Shown piece after piece: positions 20,126 to 30,934 of a stretch of DNA of 64,000 nucleotides. The notes beneath the pieces are model-generated. The model saw only the letters and a list, made by a program, of their open reading frames with translations. It was not told the DNA's origin and did not search any database. The DNA lies in contig JBKHDE010000003.1 of assembly GCA_046541495.1 (NCBI GenBank), positions 513 through 64,512 of the forward strand, written 5' to 3'. Every line of letters starts with the position of its first letter. Position 1 is the stretch's first letter. Origin of the DNA: Desulfococcaceae bacterium. Lineage in GTDB: Bacteria > Desulfobacterota > Desulfobacteria > Desulfobacterales > Desulfococcaceae. Position numbers and translations under genes: made by a program.

Positions 20126-20326
20126 TTCGCATACCCGTATTCTCCCGTATTCTCTTCTGCAACGCATGAAAACGGTTCATTTTCATCGACGTCCATTCTT
20201 CAAATCCATCAGACTTCACCATAACAACTTGCAAGGGGATATAAATAAGGCAATTTCTGTATTTTAAAAAAGGTATAACATTAGAACACCCGTCCATGGA
20301 ATGCAGAGGAGGAATAAGGAGCCGCC

Positions 20327-20491
20327 ATGAAAGTCATCCGATTCAACGAGGCAGAAAGTTTTGAACCGGAAAAGACTGGAAACGCGTAAGTCGGTGTGGA
20401 TAAGAACCCGCTGGATGAGGTATCCCTCGGGCTCGATATTTTCGTACCGGGTCGGTCTTTCGATTTCTGGCTCAACCGGACCCGGACCTGA
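20327..20491 (+). pseudogene. possible remnant of a cupin-type gene, interrupted by an in-frame TAA
   Basis: Strong SD (AAGGAG) 5 nt before ATG 20327. MKVIRFNEAESFEPEKTGNA, then TAA at 20387, and the same frame continues VGVDKNPLDEVSLGLDIFVPGRSFDFW... to TGA 20489-20491, running into the 3' end of dapB. Confidence 0.25.
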
Positions 20492-20494
20492 TGC

Positions 20495-21325
20495 CTACGC
20501 CCCTTTCAGGACGTCGATCATGGTGAACGCCCGGCCCTGCACGCCCCGACCTACCTGGTCCGCCAGGAAGATCACCGCATCCAGGGTGCCCCGGACGTAA
20601 ATCTTCCGGCCGTTGACGTTGTGGGTAAAAGAGAAGGTGGTGGTCTGATCGGGGGAGGTCAGGGTATAGGTGTGCCAGGCGTGGCCGGAAAGATATTCCT
20701 CGGGAATACCCCATCGGTTCTTCTGGGTTTCGGGGTCCCGCTCCTTGACGATCGCTTCTTCTGAAAAATCACACCCCAGCCGGTTGAAATAGCTCACCAT
20801 GGCCTTGGCCGTGCCGCTGGTATCGGCTTTTCCCTGCTGATGACTTTCCCGAATGTCCAGAGAATATCCTTCGAAGAGGCCGGGAAAATTGTCCGCCGCA
20901 TAGGCCATCATGGCCTGAAATCCGACGATCTGCTTGGCCATATTGGGGGCGATGACCGCCGGAATGGCGGCGGCCCGAACGGTCGCATCCAATCGCTCTC
21001 GGTCTCCGCCGGTGGTGCCCATGACAAAAGGGAGGCGGTGGCGGCAGTAGAATTCGGCATTGGGGTTCACCGCCGAAGGGTGGGTGAAATCGATGCTGAT
21101 GAAGGGATCGTGGGCCGCCTGAATCTCCTGAATGACCCCGTCCCGGTGCTCGGGACGAATCAGCTGGATGTCGACGCCGTTCATGCGGTGGGCCCCGGTT
21201 TCGATTTCGGGGCCGGTCAGGGAATAGGGAACCAGTGAAAACCGACCGTCCGCCTGAACATGGGTGGCGACCTGAACCGCGACATTACCGGGGATTCCGT
21301 TGACCATGATATTGATGGGTTCCAT
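20495..21325 (-). CDS. dapB: 4-hydroxy-tetrahydrodipicolinate reductase, plant/cyanobacterial-type
   Basis: FTHPSAVNPNAEFYCRHRLPFVMGTTGGDRERL, ESHQQGKADTSGTAKAMV, GHAWHTYTLTSPD and MIDVLKGA closely parallel plant-type DapB sequences as I recall them. Confidence 0.8.
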   Translation of the reverse strand: MEPINIMVNGIPGNVAVQVATHVQADGRFSLVPYSLTGPEIETGAHRMNGVDIQLIRPEHRDGVIQEIQAAHDPFISIDFTHPSAVNPNAEFYCRHRLPFVMGTTGGDRERLDATVRAAAIPAVIAPNMAKQIVGFQAMMAYAADNFPGLFEGYSLDIRESHQQGKADTSGTAKAMVSYFNRLGCDFSEEAIVKERDPETQKNRWGIPEEYLSGHAWHTYTLTSPDQTTTFSFTHNVNGRKIYVRGTLDAVIFLADQVGRGVQGRAFTMIDVLKGA

Positions 21326-21369
21326 TTTGTCTCCTTGGGCGCCCCTTGCTTAATCGCCCTTACTGTCTC

Positions 21370-21401
21370 AAAACAACAAAAGCCCTGCCGCTGAGCAGAG
21401 C
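21370..21401 (-). terminator. intrinsic terminator after rplQ
   Basis: Minus-strand RNA: GCUCUGC-UCAGCG-GCAGGGC (7-bp stem with one G-U pair, which would be a C-A mismatch on the other strand) followed by UUUUGUUGUUUU, 34 nt after the rplQ stop. Confidence 0.6.
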
Positions 21402-21434
21402 TTTAGTCGTTTGTCCGGAAGGGGGAAACATCCA

Positions 21435-22082
21435 CTATTCGGTTTTACGGGTATCCGTCTCCTCGGGCGTTTCATCCTCATTTTTCTCGGAGACGGGGCG
21501 TTCCTCCGCTTCGGGCTGGGCGGCTTCCGTTTCCGCCGAAGCCTCGGCTGCGGTTTCTTCCGTTTCCGCAGCGGCGGCTTCTTCAGTCGGGGCGGTTTCC
21601 TCGGAAGCCGCGGTTTCTTCAGCCGGGGCTTGGGTTTCGGCCGCCGTCGGTACGGTTTCCGACGGGGTCGGTGTCGGAGTGGCGGTCACGGTCGGTTTGG
21701 GCGCTGCCTTCTTGGGCTGAGTACCGGTGGTGCTCACAAGCTCCACCAGGGAAATAGGGGCCGCATCACCGGGACGACGACCGATTTTCACCACCCGAGT
21801 GTAGCCGCCGGAGATTCCGCCGAATCGTTCGGATGCCTCTTCAAACAGTTTATGGGCCACCGCCTTTTCACGTATGATGGACAGCACCTGCCGTCGGGCG
21901 TGAAGATCACCCCGCTTGGCCAGGGTGATCACATGGTCGGCCCAGCTTCGAATCGCCTTGGCCTTGGCGTCCGTGGTTCGGATTCGCTGATGCTTGAACA
22001 ACGAGGTGACCATATTCCGAAACATGGCTTCCCGATGGCTGCTCGTCCGACCTAATTTGGCTCCTGCTTTTTGATGTCTCAT
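21435..22082 (-). CDS. rplQ: 50S ribosomal protein L17 with ~99-aa acidic low-complexity C-terminal extension
   Basis: [24 protein letters not shown]... L17 core to residue ~116, then a T/P/A/E-rich tail. Confidence 0.95.
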   Translation of the reverse strand: MRHQKAGAKLGRTSSHREAMFRNMVTSLFKHQRIRTTDAKAKAIRSWADHVITLAKRGDLHARRQVLSIIREKAVAHKLFEEASERFGGISGGYTRVVKIGRRPGDAAPISLVELVSTTGTQPKKAAPKPTVTATPTPTPSETVPTAAETQAPAEETAASEETAPTEEAAAAETEETAAEASAETEAAQPEAEERPVSEKNEDETPEETDTRKTE

Positions 22083-22088
22083 TGATTC

Positions 22089-23108
22089 CTACTCCCCTTC
22101 TTCCGCCTCTTCTTCGGGCGGTACAAAACCCTCAAGCTTCATACCAAGGGAAAGGCCCATCTCGGATAAGACTTCCTTGATCTCGTTGAGTGATTTACGT
22201 CCGAAATTCTTGGTCTTGAGCATTTCCGCCTCGGTCTTGGCGACCAGCTGGTAAATCTTGTGGATATCGGCATTCTTCAGGCAGTTGGCGCTGCGGACGG
22301 AAAGCTCCAGCTCTTCCACGCTTCGATACAGATTCTCGTTAAACTTCGGCTTGTGGTGCTCTTCCGATTCGCTCTCGGGCTCCGGCTCCACATCCTCGTC
22401 GAAATTGATGAATATGGACATCTGCTCCTTGAAAATCTTGGCGGCGTAAGCCACCGCATCCTCAGGCTTGATGCTGCCGTCGGTCCAGACCTCCATGGTC
22501 AGTTTATCGTAATCGGTGCGCTGGCCCACCCGGGCATTGCTGACTACGTAATTGACCCGTTTAATGGGGGAAAATACCGCATCAATGGGAATCGTCCCTA
22601 CCGGAGCCTCTTCGTCTTTGTTGGCCTCGGATAAGGCATACCCCTTCCCCACCTTTACCTGCATCTCCAGGTTGAGCCTGGCATTCTCGCCCAAAGTGGC
22701 AATGTGGAGTTTGGGATTGAGTATTTCCACTCGACCGTCATCGCTGATGATATCCCCGGCGACCACTTCGCCTTCCCCTTCCGCTTCAAGGCGAAGGGTT
22801 CTCGGTTCGGGGTCGGAGACCTTGAGCCTCACATCCTTAAGGTTCAAGATCAACTCGGAGACATCCTCCATCACACCGTCAATAACACTATACTCGTGGT
22901 AGACCTTGTCGAATTTCACCGAAACGATGGCGGCCCCGTAAAGCGAAGAAAGGATAATCCGTCGAAGCGTATTTCCGATGGTGATGCCGAATCCCCGTTC
23001 AAGCGGCTCGCAGATGAATTTACCGTAATTGGGCGAACTTTCGACATTCACCCTATCCGGCCGAATCATCTCGCGCCAATTCATATACATGAGTTCATTT
23101 GTTGACAT
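22089..23108 (-). CDS. rpoA: DNA-directed RNA polymerase subunit alpha
   Basis: [14 protein letters not shown]...[27 protein letters not shown]-like N-terminal domain and C-terminal [16 protein letters not shown] 23108 chosen; in-frame ATGs at 23090 and 23084 are also possible. The track start at 23216 would overlap rpsD. Confidence 0.93.
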   Translation of the reverse strand: MSTNELMYMNWREMIRPDRVNVESSPNYGKFICEPLERGFGITIGNTLRRIILSSLYGAAIVSVKFDKVYHEYSVIDGVMEDVSELILNLKDVRLKVSDPEPRTLRLEAEGEGEVVAGDIISDDGRVEILNPKLHIATLGENARLNLEMQVKVGKGYALSEANKDEEAPVGTIPIDAVFSPIKRVNYVVSNARVGQRTDYDKLTMEVWTDGSIKPEDAVAYAAKIFKEQMSIFINFDEDVEPEPESESEEHHKPKFNENLYRSVEELELSVRSANCLKNADIHKIYQLVAKTEAEMLKTKNFGRKSLNEIKEVLSEMGLSLGMKLEGFVPPEEEAEEGE

Positions 23109-23193
23109 TCCTATACTCCAGATTTTTGAGAAGATATCCGGGCGGCAATCGTCTTCTATCGCTGATTCGTAACAACAGGTACGGGCGGTCTCG

Positions 23194-23823
23194 TTATTTG
23201 GAATACAGCTCGACAATGAGCTGTTCCTGCATCGGCATGGTCAGATCTTCGCGTTCGGGGAAGCTTTTCACCGTACCCTTCATGTTGTCTTTTTCAAGCT
23301 CCAGCCACTGCGGAACCCCTCTTCGCACCACGGCGTCAAGGGCGTCGGAAATCGCCTGAATATTGCGGCTCTTTTCTCGGACTTCGATGACATCCCCCAC
23401 ATTCACCAGGAAGGAGGGAACATTGACTTTTTTCCCGTTGACCAGGAAGTGATTGTGACGGACAAAATGCCGCCCCTGAGTGCGGGAGTTGACCAATCCC
23501 AGCCGGTAAACGACATTATCGAGACGGCGCTCCAGGGCGACCAGCAGGTTGGTGCCGGTTATTCCCTTCTGTTGATCCGCCCGTTGAAAAAACAGATGAA
23601 ACTGTTTTTCCCCGAGTCCGTACATCCGTTTGACCTTCTGCTTTTCCCGAAGCTGAATGCCGTAATCGGAAACTTTGCCCCGCCGGCGCTGACCGTGCTG
23701 ACCCGGCGGATAAGATCGCCGGTCGAATGCACATTTATCGGAATAACACCGGTCCCCTTTCAGGAACAGCTTTAAATTTTCACGTCTGCATATCCGGCAG
23801 ACAGAACCATTGTATCGTGCCAA
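23194..23823 (-). CDS. rpsD: 30S ribosomal protein S4 (4-Cys zinc form)
   Basis: [31 protein letters not shown]... Confidence 0.97.
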   Translation of the reverse strand: MARYNGSVCRICRRENLKLFLKGDRCYSDKCAFDRRSYPPGQHGQRRRGKVSDYGIQLREKQKVKRMYGLGEKQFHLFFQRADQQKGITGTNLLVALERRLDNVVYRLGLVNSRTQGRHFVRHNHFLVNGKKVNVPSFLVNVGDVIEVREKSRNIQAISDALDAVVRRGVPQWLELEKDNMKGTVKSFPEREDLTMPMQEQLIVELYSK

Positions 23824-23838
23824 CGTTTCCTCCTTTAC

Positions 23839-24225
23839 TTATACCCTGCGGCGTTTGGGGGGGCGGCATCCGTTATGGGGAATCGGAGTGACGTCTTTGA
23901 TCATCATCACCGTAAACCCGGCGGCCTGAAGCGCTCGAACGGCCGATTCACGGCCGGCGCCCGGCCCCTTGACATAGACCTCCACATTCTTCATCCCATG
24001 TTCCATCGCCTTTTTGGCCGCATCTTCAGCCGCAAGCTGAGCGGCGAAGGGGGTGCTTTTTCGGGATCCCTTGAATCCCTGAACCCCGGCGCTGGACCAC
24101 GAAATGATGTTTCCCGCGGGATCGGTGACGGTGATGATGGTGTTGTTGAAGGTCGACTGAATATGCACAACACCGCTGGAAATATTCTTTTTCTCTTTTT
24201 TCTTGGGTCGGGTTTTTCTCGGCAT
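23839..24225 (-). CDS. rpsK: 30S ribosomal protein S11
   Basis: [18 protein letters not shown] ... [13 protein letters not shown]. Confidence 0.97.
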   Translation of the reverse strand: MPRKTRPKKKEKKNISSGVVHIQSTFNNTIITVTDPAGNIISWSSAGVQGFKGSRKSTPFAAQLAAEDAAKKAMEHGMKNVEVYVKGPGAGRESAVRALQAAGFTVMMIKDVTPIPHNGCRPPKRRRV

Positions 24226-24249
24226 GGGTGGTATCCCTGTCTCCTCTGT

Positions 24250-24633
24250 TTACTTCTTTTTCGCTCCGCCCTTTTTCTTCACGGCCGACCGCCTGGGTCC
24301 CTTCCGTGTTCGGGCATTGGTGCTGGTCCGCTGTCCGCGTACCGGTAGGGATCTGCGATGCCGAAGCCCCCGATACGATCCGAGATCCATCAACCGCTTG
24401 ATGTTCATGGATACTTCGGTGCGAAGCTCACCTTCCACCTTGAGTTCGCTGTCGATCACCTTACGGATATCGTTGACCTCGGATTCGGTCAAATCGTCGG
24501 AATTGGTGCTCGGATCAATATCCAGTTTGTCCAGAATACGATTCGCCGTGGTCCGTCCGATGCCGTAGATATACGTCAGGCCGACATCGATGCGCTTATT
24601 CCTCGGTAAATCTACGCCCGCGATTCTTGCCAA
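24250..24633 (-). CDS. rpsM: 30S ribosomal protein S13
   Basis: [26 protein letters not shown]... Confidence 0.97.
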   Translation of the reverse strand: MARIAGVDLPRNKRIDVGLTYIYGIGRTTANRILDKLDIDPSTNSDDLTESEVNDIRKVIDSELKVEGELRTEVSMNIKRLMDLGSYRGLRHRRSLPVRGQRTSTNARTRKGPRRSAVKKKGGAKKK

Positions 24634-24645
24634 AGTCCTGTCCTC

Positions 24646-24759
24646 CTATCCCTGTCTCTGTTTGTGACGTTTATTCTCACAAATCACCCGAATCACCCCT
24701 TTTCGACGGATGATCTTGCATTTGCTGCACATTTTCTTCACAGATGCTCTGACTTTCAT
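24646..24759 (-). CDS. rpmJ: 50S ribosomal protein L36
   Basis: Not in the ORF track (37 aa). My translation is [37 protein letters not shown], stop TAG at 24648-24646. Confidence 0.93.
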   Translation of the reverse strand: MKVRASVKKMCSKCKIIRRKGVIRVICENKRHKQRQG

Positions 24760-24859
24760 TGTCCCCACTCCTTTTGTCCATTACCCGCAGAAAAACCGAA
24801 TCCGTAGAGGCATGTCGCGCTGAATCGGCAGGTGAAAACCGGTAGAACGCCGCTGAAAA

Positions 24860-25078
24860 CTATTTGGAACGATAAACGATTCGGCCGCGGGTGAGATCAT
24901 AAGGGGAAAGCTCCACCGTGACGGTGTCCCCGGGCAGAATTCGAATAAAATGCATCCGCATCTTTCCGGAAATATGCGCCAGGACCTGGTGGCCGTTTTC
25001 CAGTTCTACCTTGAACATCGCATTGGGCAAGGTTTCCACCACCGAGCCCTGCACTTTTATCGGTTCTTCCTTTGCCAT
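24860..25078 (-). CDS. infA: translation initiation factor IF-1
   Basis: [41 protein letters not shown]... Confidence 0.97.
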   Translation of the reverse strand: MAKEEPIKVQGSVVETLPNAMFKVELENGHQVLAHISGKMRMHFIRILPGDTVTVELSPYDLTRGRIVYRSK

Positions 25079-25105
25079 GAAATCGTATCCTCTATCTTGG
25101 TGTCA

Positions 25106-25152
25106 GAAGCCGAACCGATTCGAATCGAATCGAATCGAACCTTTTCGGCTTC
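25106..25152 (-). other. intercistronic stem-loop with internal pentanucleotide repeat (secY-infA spacer)
   Basis: GAAGCCGAA (25106-25114) pairs with TTCGGCTTC (25144-25152). The loop contains cgattcgaatcgaatcgaatcgaa, which includes the palindrome CGATTCGAATCG. No U-tract follows on the minus strand. Confidence 0.5.
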
Positions 25153-25164
25153 CGAAATTTTCCG

Positions 25165-26484
25165 TTACCGGCGCCCTTTAAGCCGGGTTCCGCCGCTTTT
25201 TTTGAGAAACCCTTCGTAATGCCGTGTCAGCATGTGGGATTCGATCTGGGCCACCGTATCGATGGCGACACCGACCACGATCAAAAGGGCGGTTCCGCCA
25301 AAGTAAAACGGTACATTGAAATTGGTAATCAGAATCGAGGGCAGCACGCAGACCGCAGACACATAAATCGCACCACCCAGGGTAATCCGTGTGAGAACCC
25401 GATCGATATAATCGGCGGTGCGTTTTCCAGGACGAATTCCGGGAATGTAGCCACCGTGCTTTTTCATGTTTTCCGCCACGTCCACCGGGTTGAAAGTGAC
25501 CGCCGTATAAAAATAGCAGAAAAAGAAGATGAAGACCACGAACAATAGCTCATAGAACAGGTTTCCCGGCATCATAGCGTTGGCGATGCTCTGCATCCAG
25601 GGCACATTGATGAAGTTGGCCAGAGTCGCCGGAAACATGATGATGGAGGAGGCGAAAATCGGCGGAATCACCCCCGACATGTTGATCTTCAACGGCAGAT
25701 GGGTGCTCTGCCCGCCGTACATCCGTCGGCCGACCACCCGTTTGGCATACTGGACCGGAATCCGTCGCTGCCCCTGCTCCACGAAAACGATGAAGGCGAC
25801 CACGCCCACCATCAGCACCAGCAGAATGAGGACGGCGAATATATTCATTTCACCGGTGGACAGCAGCTGAAAGGTATTCCCGATGGCGGTGGGCATACCG
25901 GCCACGATGCCGGCGAAAATAATCAATGAAATGCCGTTGCCGATCCCCCGTTCGGTGATCTGCTCACCCAGCCACATAATAAAGGCTGTGCCGGCGGTCA
26001 GGGTGATAACGGTCAGCAACCGAAAGCCCCACCCGGCCTGAATTACCACCGGCGCCCCGCCCGGGGCGGTCATGCTCTCCAGCCCCACGCTGATCCCGAA
26101 ACCTTGAATGATACTGAGCACCACAGTGCCGTACCGGGTGTACTGGGTGATCTTTTTTCGCCCCTGTTCCCCCTCCTTGGACAACCGCTCCAGATGGGGA
26201 ATCACCACCGTCAAAAGCTGTATGATAATGGAGGCGCTGATGTAGGGCATGATCCCGAGGGCGAATACCGACAACCGCTCCAGGGCACCGCCCGCAAACA
26301 TGTTGAAAAGTCCGAGCAGGCTTCCCTGGGCCCGTTCGAAAAATGAAGCCAGCGCCACGGAATCGATTCCGGGGGTGGGTACATGGACCCCGATGCGGTA
26401 GACCGCCAACAACCCTAGCGTGTAGAGAACCCTTCTTTTAAGCTCGGGTATCTTGAAAACGTTTTGGAACCCGGCAGCAACCAT
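25165..26484 (-). CDS. secY: preprotein translocase subunit SecY
   Basis: 439 aa, [23 protein letters not shown]..., 10-TM SecY pattern. Confidence 0.97.
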   Translation of the reverse strand: MVAAGFQNVFKIPELKRRVLYTLGLLAVYRIGVHVPTPGIDSVALASFFERAQGSLLGLFNMFAGGALERLSVFALGIMPYISASIIIQLLTVVIPHLERLSKEGEQGRKKITQYTRYGTVVLSIIQGFGISVGLESMTAPGGAPVVIQAGWGFRLLTVITLTAGTAFIMWLGEQITERGIGNGISLIIFAGIVAGMPTAIGNTFQLLSTGEMNIFAVLILLVLMVGVVAFIVFVEQGQRRIPVQYAKRVVGRRMYGGQSTHLPLKINMSGVIPPIFASSIIMFPATLANFINVPWMQSIANAMMPGNLFYELLFVVFIFFFCYFYTAVTFNPVDVAENMKKHGGYIPGIRPGKRTADYIDRVLTRITLGGAIYVSAVCVLPSILITNFNVPFYFGGTALLIVVGVAIDTVAQIESHMLTRHYEGFLKKSGGTRLKGRR

Positions 26485-26530
26485 TCTATTCCTCGTGTAA
26501 TTTTTTAAAACCGACTCTTTGAATCGGTAT

Positions 26531-26965
26531 CTATTCTACCGTTCCGCCCGAGGCCTCGATCTTTTTCCGCGCGCCGGCGCTGAGCCCCTTCAGACGAATG
26601 GTCAGTGAAGCGTCTATATCCCCTTTTCCCAGGAGTTTGACGCTGTCATAGCGGCCCTTGATCAAACCGGCCTTGAGCAGGGCGGCTTCATCCACCACCG
26701 TGCCGCTTTCGAACCGGCCGAGATCACGGATGTTGATCACCGCCACTTTTTTCTTGAATATGTTGGTAAAGCCCCGTTTGGGCAATCGCCGCTGAATCGG
26801 CATTTGGCCGCCTTCGTAGCCCGGTTTCACACCGCCGCCTGAGCGGGAGTTGTGGCCTTTGGTTCCACGGCCCGCGGTCTTTCCTTGGCCGGTAGCCACG
26901 CCGCGGCCCAGGCGTTTTCTGGATTTTTTCGCCCCTGCGGCGGGGCTCAGCTCATGTAGTCTCAT
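26531..26965 (-). CDS. rplO: 50S ribosomal protein L15
   Basis: [22 protein letters not shown]... Confidence 0.96.
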   Translation of the reverse strand: MRLHELSPAAGAKKSRKRLGRGVATGQGKTAGRGTKGHNSRSGGGVKPGYEGGQMPIQRRLPKRGFTNIFKKKVAVINIRDLGRFESGTVVDEAALLKAGLIKGRYDSVKLLGKGDIDASLTIRLKGLSAGARKKIEASGGTVE

Positions 26966-27149
26966 CCACTGTCTCCTCTGAATGCACCAGATGGGATACC
27001 GCCTCGATCATTCCCCGAATCGCGGGGGTGTCTTGAAGCACAACGGTCCGGTTGAGCTTGGTAAGCCCCATGCCGCGCAGTATCTTGCGATGCTTTTCCG
27101 GCCTTCCGATCATACTTCTGACAAGTGTCACTTTTAACATACCAGCCAT
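26952..27149 (-). CDS. rpmD: 50S ribosomal protein L30
   Basis: ATG 27149 preceded by [37 protein letters not shown]... Overlaps the rplO start by 14 nt. Confidence 0.9.
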   Translation of the reverse strand: MAGMLKVTLVRSMIGRPEKHRKILRGMGLTKLNRTVVLQDTPAIRGMIEAVSHLVHSEETVDETT

Positions 27150-27209
27150 TTGTCCTTCCTCGATCCTTCTCGAATGGTCACCCGGAAGGAAAGCAGAAAA
27201 CATCCTGAA

Positions 27210-27716
27210 TTACAATTCGGCGGCCGCTTTTCCGCGCCGGGCCGCCACCTGCTCACGACTCTGAAGCTGCCGAAGCCCCTCGATGGTCGCCCGCACCACA
27301 TTGTGGGGGTTGTGAGAACCAAGGCATTTGGTCAGGATATCCTGAATCCCCACCGCTTCGAGCACCGCCCGAACCGCACCGCCGGCGATCACGCCGGTTC
27401 CTTCGGAAGCCGGCTTCAAAAGCACCCGACCCGCACCGAATCGACCCACGATCTCAAAGGGAATGGTCCCCTCCACGAGGGGTACGCTGATCATGCTCTT
27501 TTTCGCCTTCTCCACGCCTTTCCGGATGGCTTCGGGAACCTCACCGGCTTTCCCGAGACCAAAACCGACGTTGCCCTCGCCGTCGCCCACGACCACGATG
27601 GCGCTGAAGCTGAACCTGCGACCGCCCTTGACCACTTTGGCCACGCGGCTGATGTGGACAACCTTGTCGATCAACTGATTGTCGTCCGTATCCTGTCTTT
27701 TCGGATTGTAGACCAA
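27210..27716 (-). CDS. rpsE: 30S ribosomal protein S5
   Basis: [39 protein letters not shown]... Confidence 0.97.
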   Translation of the reverse strand: MVYNPKRQDTDDNQLIDKVVHISRVAKVVKGGRRFSFSAIVVVGDGEGNVGFGLGKAGEVPEAIRKGVEKAKKSMISVPLVEGTIPFEIVGRFGAGRVLLKPASEGTGVIAGGAVRAVLEAVGIQDILTKCLGSHNPHNVVRATIEGLRQLQSREQVAARRGKAAAEL

Positions 27717-27735
27717 AAGGGTTCCTCCTTATTCG

Positions 27736-28113
27736 TTAAAATTCCAACCCTGCTTCACGCGCGCCGTCCGACACCGCTTTGACCCGGCCGTGATAGATAA
27801 ACCCGTTTCGGTCGAACACTACCCGGGTAATGCCTTTTTCCTTGCTCCGTTCGGCGACCAGTTTTCCCACTTGATCGGCGACGGCGATCTTTCCCTTTTC
27901 CGCTTTCAGCTCGCTGTTGTCTTGAATGTCTTTTTCAAGACTCGAAGCGGTCACCAGGGTCCGCCCGTCGAGATCATCGATGATCTGTGCGTAGATATGC
28001 CGCGCACTTCGAAACACACTCAATCTCGGTCGTTCGGGAGTGCCGAGAATCTTCCGTCTGATCCGCTTTTTTCGTTTCAGGCGGGCCTGTCTTTTCGTAT
28101 TTGTTGAACCCAT
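27736..28113 (-). CDS. rplR: 50S ribosomal protein L18
   Basis: [20 protein letters not shown] ... [14 protein letters not shown]. Confidence 0.96.
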   Translation of the reverse strand: MGSTNTKRQARLKRKKRIRRKILGTPERPRLSVFRSARHIYAQIIDDLDGRTLVTASSLEKDIQDNSELKAEKGKIAVADQVGKLVAERSKEKGITRVVFDRNGFIYHGRVKAVSDGAREAGLEF

Positions 28114-28172
28114 TTTGCCTACCCTCTCAATCGACTCACCTGGAGCGACGATCTCCGATTAATGTCCGATGG

Positions 28173-28712
28173 TTATTTGGCCCCGGTCTTTCCGGCCTTA
28201 CGCTGAATCCGCTCCTCGGCGTACTTGACGCCCTTTCCCTTGTACGGCTCGGGCGGTCTGAGCCGCCGGATGGAAGCGGCCATATGGCCCAGGGCTTCCT
28301 TATCAATCCCCGACAATTTGACGACCGTGTTTTTTTCGACCGAAACCGTAATCCCGTCGGGAATTTTGTAGTTGATGGGATGGGAAAAACCGAGATTGAA
28401 GACGATACTGTTTCCGCTGACCTCGGCCCGGTACCCGATGCCGTTGATCTCCAAAACCCGCTCGAACCCCTTGCTGACCCCGACCACCATATTGTCCACC
28501 AGGCTTCGGGTCAGCCCCTGAAGGGCTCGGGTATTTCGATCCTCTCGATTTAGGGTGACCAGAATCTCTTTTTCTTGAACATCGAGATCCACATCCGGAT
28601 GAATGGTGCGGGTCAGGCTTCCTTTTTCGCCTTGAACCGTCAACACCCGGTCTTTGTAAGATATCTTTGTTTTATCGGCCACCGGAATCGGCTTTTTTCC
28701 TACTCGAGACAT
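28173..28712 (-). CDS. rplF: 50S ribosomal protein L6
   Basis: MSRVGKKPIPV... Confidence 0.97.
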   Translation of the reverse strand: MSRVGKKPIPVADKTKISYKDRVLTVQGEKGSLTRTIHPDVDLDVQEKEILVTLNREDRNTRALQGLTRSLVDNMVVGVSKGFERVLEINGIGYRAEVSGNSIVFNLGFSHPINYKIPDGITVSVEKNTVVKLSGIDKEALGHMAASIRRLRPPEPYKGKGVKYAEERIQRKAGKTGAK

Positions 28713-28730
28713 GGATAACTCCTCTTGTGC

Positions 28731-29126
28731 TTACCAGACCCGGCAGAGGACCTCGCCGCCGAGGTTCTGAGTTCGAGCCTCTTTATCGGTCATAATCCCC
28801 TTGGAAGTGGATAGAATCGCAACGCCCGTTCCGTTCAGCACAGGCTTCAATTCAGTGCTCTTGACATAGACCCGCCGGCTCGGCTTGCTCACCCGTTCAA
28901 GTTCATAGATCACATGCTGGTTCTCCGGACCGAACTTCAGATATACACGGAGGACACCCTGCTTGTTATCTTTGACGAATTTGTAGTTTCTGATATATCC
29001 TTCGTCCTTCAGGACCTTGGCCAGCTCCACCTTCAAGTTCGAACCGGGTATATCCACGCTGTTGAACTTGGCCCTTCCGGCGTTCCGGATTCGAGTTAAC
29101 ATATCCGCGATTGGATCACTCAACAT
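28731..29126 (-). CDS. rpsH: 30S ribosomal protein S8
   Basis: [16 protein letters not shown]... Confidence 0.97.
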   Translation of the reverse strand: MLSDPIADMLTRIRNAGRAKFNSVDIPGSNLKVELAKVLKDEGYIRNYKFVKDNKQGVLRVYLKFGPENQHVIYELERVSKPSRRVYVKSTELKPVLNGTGVAILSTSKGIMTDKEARTQNLGGEVLCRVW

Positions 29127-29158
29127 GGTTATTTCGTTCCTCCGTAATTATGATACGC

Positions 29159-29344
29159 TTACCAGCTCGATTTGGTAACGCCCGGAAGCTTCCCCTGGGA
29201 AGCGAGGTTCCGAAAGCAGATTCGGCAAATACCGAATTTTCTTAAAAAAGCCCTCGACCGACCGCATATCGGGCAGCGGTTGTACGCCCTGACCTTGAAC
29301 TTGGGTTGTCTGCTCGCTTTTATCTTCAGCGCTTTCTTGGCCAA
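29159..29344 (-). CDS. rpsN: 30S ribosomal protein S14, short zinc-binding (type Z) form
   Basis: 61 aa, [20 protein letters not shown] (CxxC...CxxC). Confidence 0.96.
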   Translation of the reverse strand: MAKKALKIKASRQPKFKVRAYNRCPICGRSRAFLRKFGICRICFRNLASQGKLPGVTKSSW

Positions 29345-29354
29345 ATTATCCTCC

Positions 29355-29894
29355 TTAGTTCCTGAACGGCATGCCCAACAGCTTCAACAAGGCCTTTCCT
29401 TCCTCATCCGTATTGGCCGTGGTGACGATGGTGACATTCATTCCTTTGATTTTGTCGATCTTATCGTAGTCCACCTCGGGGAAGATAATGTGCTCCCGAA
29501 TGCCCAGGGAATAATTCCCGTGGCCGTCAAAGGCCTTTCCCGAAATCCCCCGGAAATCCCGAACACGGGGCAAAGCGATGTTCACAAGTTTGTTGAAGAA
29601 ATCGTACATCCGGGTGCGGCGGAGCGTCACTCGGCAGCCGATGGGCATCCCCGCCCGCAGCTTGAATGCCGCAATCGATTTTTTGGCCCGGGTGACCACC
29701 GGCTGCTGGCCGGCGATCAATCGAAGTTCTTCCACGGCGGAGTCCATCAACTTGATATTGTGAATGGCCTCCCCCAACCCCATGTTCAGTACGATCCGAT
29801 CCAGTTTGGGCACTTCCATTCGGTTCTTGTAATCGAACCTCTCCACCAGATTGGGGACCACCTCTTGCTCATATATGCTTTTCAACTGTGTCAT
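29355..29894 (-). CDS. rplE: 50S ribosomal protein L5
   Basis: [24 protein letters not shown]... Confidence 0.97.
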   Translation of the reverse strand: MTQLKSIYEQEVVPNLVERFDYKNRMEVPKLDRIVLNMGLGEAIHNIKLMDSAVEELRLIAGQQPVVTRAKKSIAAFKLRAGMPIGCRVTLRRTRMYDFFNKLVNIALPRVRDFRGISGKAFDGHGNYSLGIREHIIFPEVDYDKIDKIKGMNVTIVTTANTDEEGKALLKLLGMPFRN

Positions 29895-29921
29895 GATACT
29901 CCTCCGGCACTCCGATGCGGA

Positions 29922-30242
29922 CTATTGTATAATCTCGCCGCACTTGGCACATGCGCGGGCCTTTTTGCCGTCTTCCAATTGCCGCATCTTGACCCGCGTC
30001 GGACCGATGCATTTATCACACATCAGCATGACGTTGGAATGATGGATCGGCGCTTCGCTCTCAACAATTCCGCCCTGCCGGTTCTGTGGACTGGATCGGG
30101 TATGACGCTTGACCATGTTGATGTTTTCAACCAGGACACGCCCCTTGTCCGGGAGCACTTTCAGGACCTTCCCGATCTTCCCCTTGTCCTTGCCGGCAAT
30201 GACTTTAACCTTGTCGTCTTTTTTGATTCTGGATGTATTCAT
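29922..30242 (-). CDS. rplX: 50S ribosomal protein L24 (with C-terminal CxxC...CxxC)
   Basis: [23 protein letters not shown] (KOW motif). C-terminal CDKC...CAKC. Confidence 0.96.
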   Translation of the reverse strand: MNTSRIKKDDKVKVIAGKDKGKIGKVLKVLPDKGRVLVENINMVKRHTRSSPQNRQGGIVESEAPIHHSNVMLMCDKCIGPTRVKMRQLEDGKKARACAKCGEIIQ

Positions 30243-30277
30243 GATTTCATTCTCCGCGGGTGCAAGCCAGCAGGCAC

Positions 30278-30646
30278 TTAGAGAACCTCCGGGGCCAGCG
30301 AAATGATCTTCATGAACCGTTTGGCCCGAAGCTCCCGGGCCACAGGTCCGAAGATACGGGTCCCGATGGGCTCTTTATTGGGGTTGATCAGAACCGCGGA
30401 ATTTTCATCGAACCGAATAAAAGATCCGTCCGGCCGCTTCAATTCCTTTTTGGTTCTTACCACGACCGCCTTCAGAACATCCCCTTTTTTCACCTTGGCA
30501 TTCGGAATGGCTTCCTTGACGCTCACCACTATGATATCGCCGATGCTTGCGTAACGCCTTCTGGATCCGCCGAGCACCTTGATGCAGTACACGATCTTGG
30601 CCCCTGAATTGTCCGCAACTTTCAGTCTGGATTCTGCCTGAATCAT
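30278..30646 (-). CDS. rplN: 50S ribosomal protein L14
   Basis: [17 protein letters not shown]... Confidence 0.97.
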   Translation of the reverse strand: MIQAESRLKVADNSGAKIVYCIKVLGGSRRRYASIGDIIVVSVKEAIPNAKVKKGDVLKAVVVRTKKELKRPDGSFIRFDENSAVLINPNKEPIGTRIFGPVARELRAKRFMKIISLAPEVL

Positions 30647-30664
30647 CTCTTTTTCCCCAATCTA

Positions 30665-30922
30665 TCAAACAGCCTTCACAACGATTTCGCTTACGCGCCA
30701 CTTTTTGCTCTTGCTGATCGGCTTAGATTCGGTGATAAGCACCTTATCGCCTATCTGGCAGGTATTGTTTTCGTCATGAGCCGCGAATTTCGATCGCCTT
30801 CTGATGTATTTATGATAAAGACCATGTTTGACCAATCTTTCAACCAGAACGACGACGGTTTTGTCCATTTTGTTGCTGACGATCGTTCCGATCAACTGCC
30901 TTTTCATTCCTCGCTTTTTCAT
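30665..30922 (-). CDS. rpsQ: 30S ribosomal protein S17
   Basis: [33 protein letters not shown]... Confidence 0.96.
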   Translation of the reverse strand: MKKRGMKRQLIGTIVSNKMDKTVVVLVERLVKHGLYHKYIRRRSKFAAHDENNTCQIGDKVLITESKPISKSKKWRVSEIVVKAV

Positions 30923-30934
30923 GGCTTTCTATCA

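Noticed and set aside
25116-25140. Short tandem repeats considered as possible CRISPR or other arrays: (GAATC)n here, and the 13-nt units at 49186-49224.
   Set aside because: The units are 5 and 13 nt with no unique spacers, far too short for CRISPR. They are recorded as simple tandem repeats instead. No repeat-spacer architecture was seen anywhere in the window.
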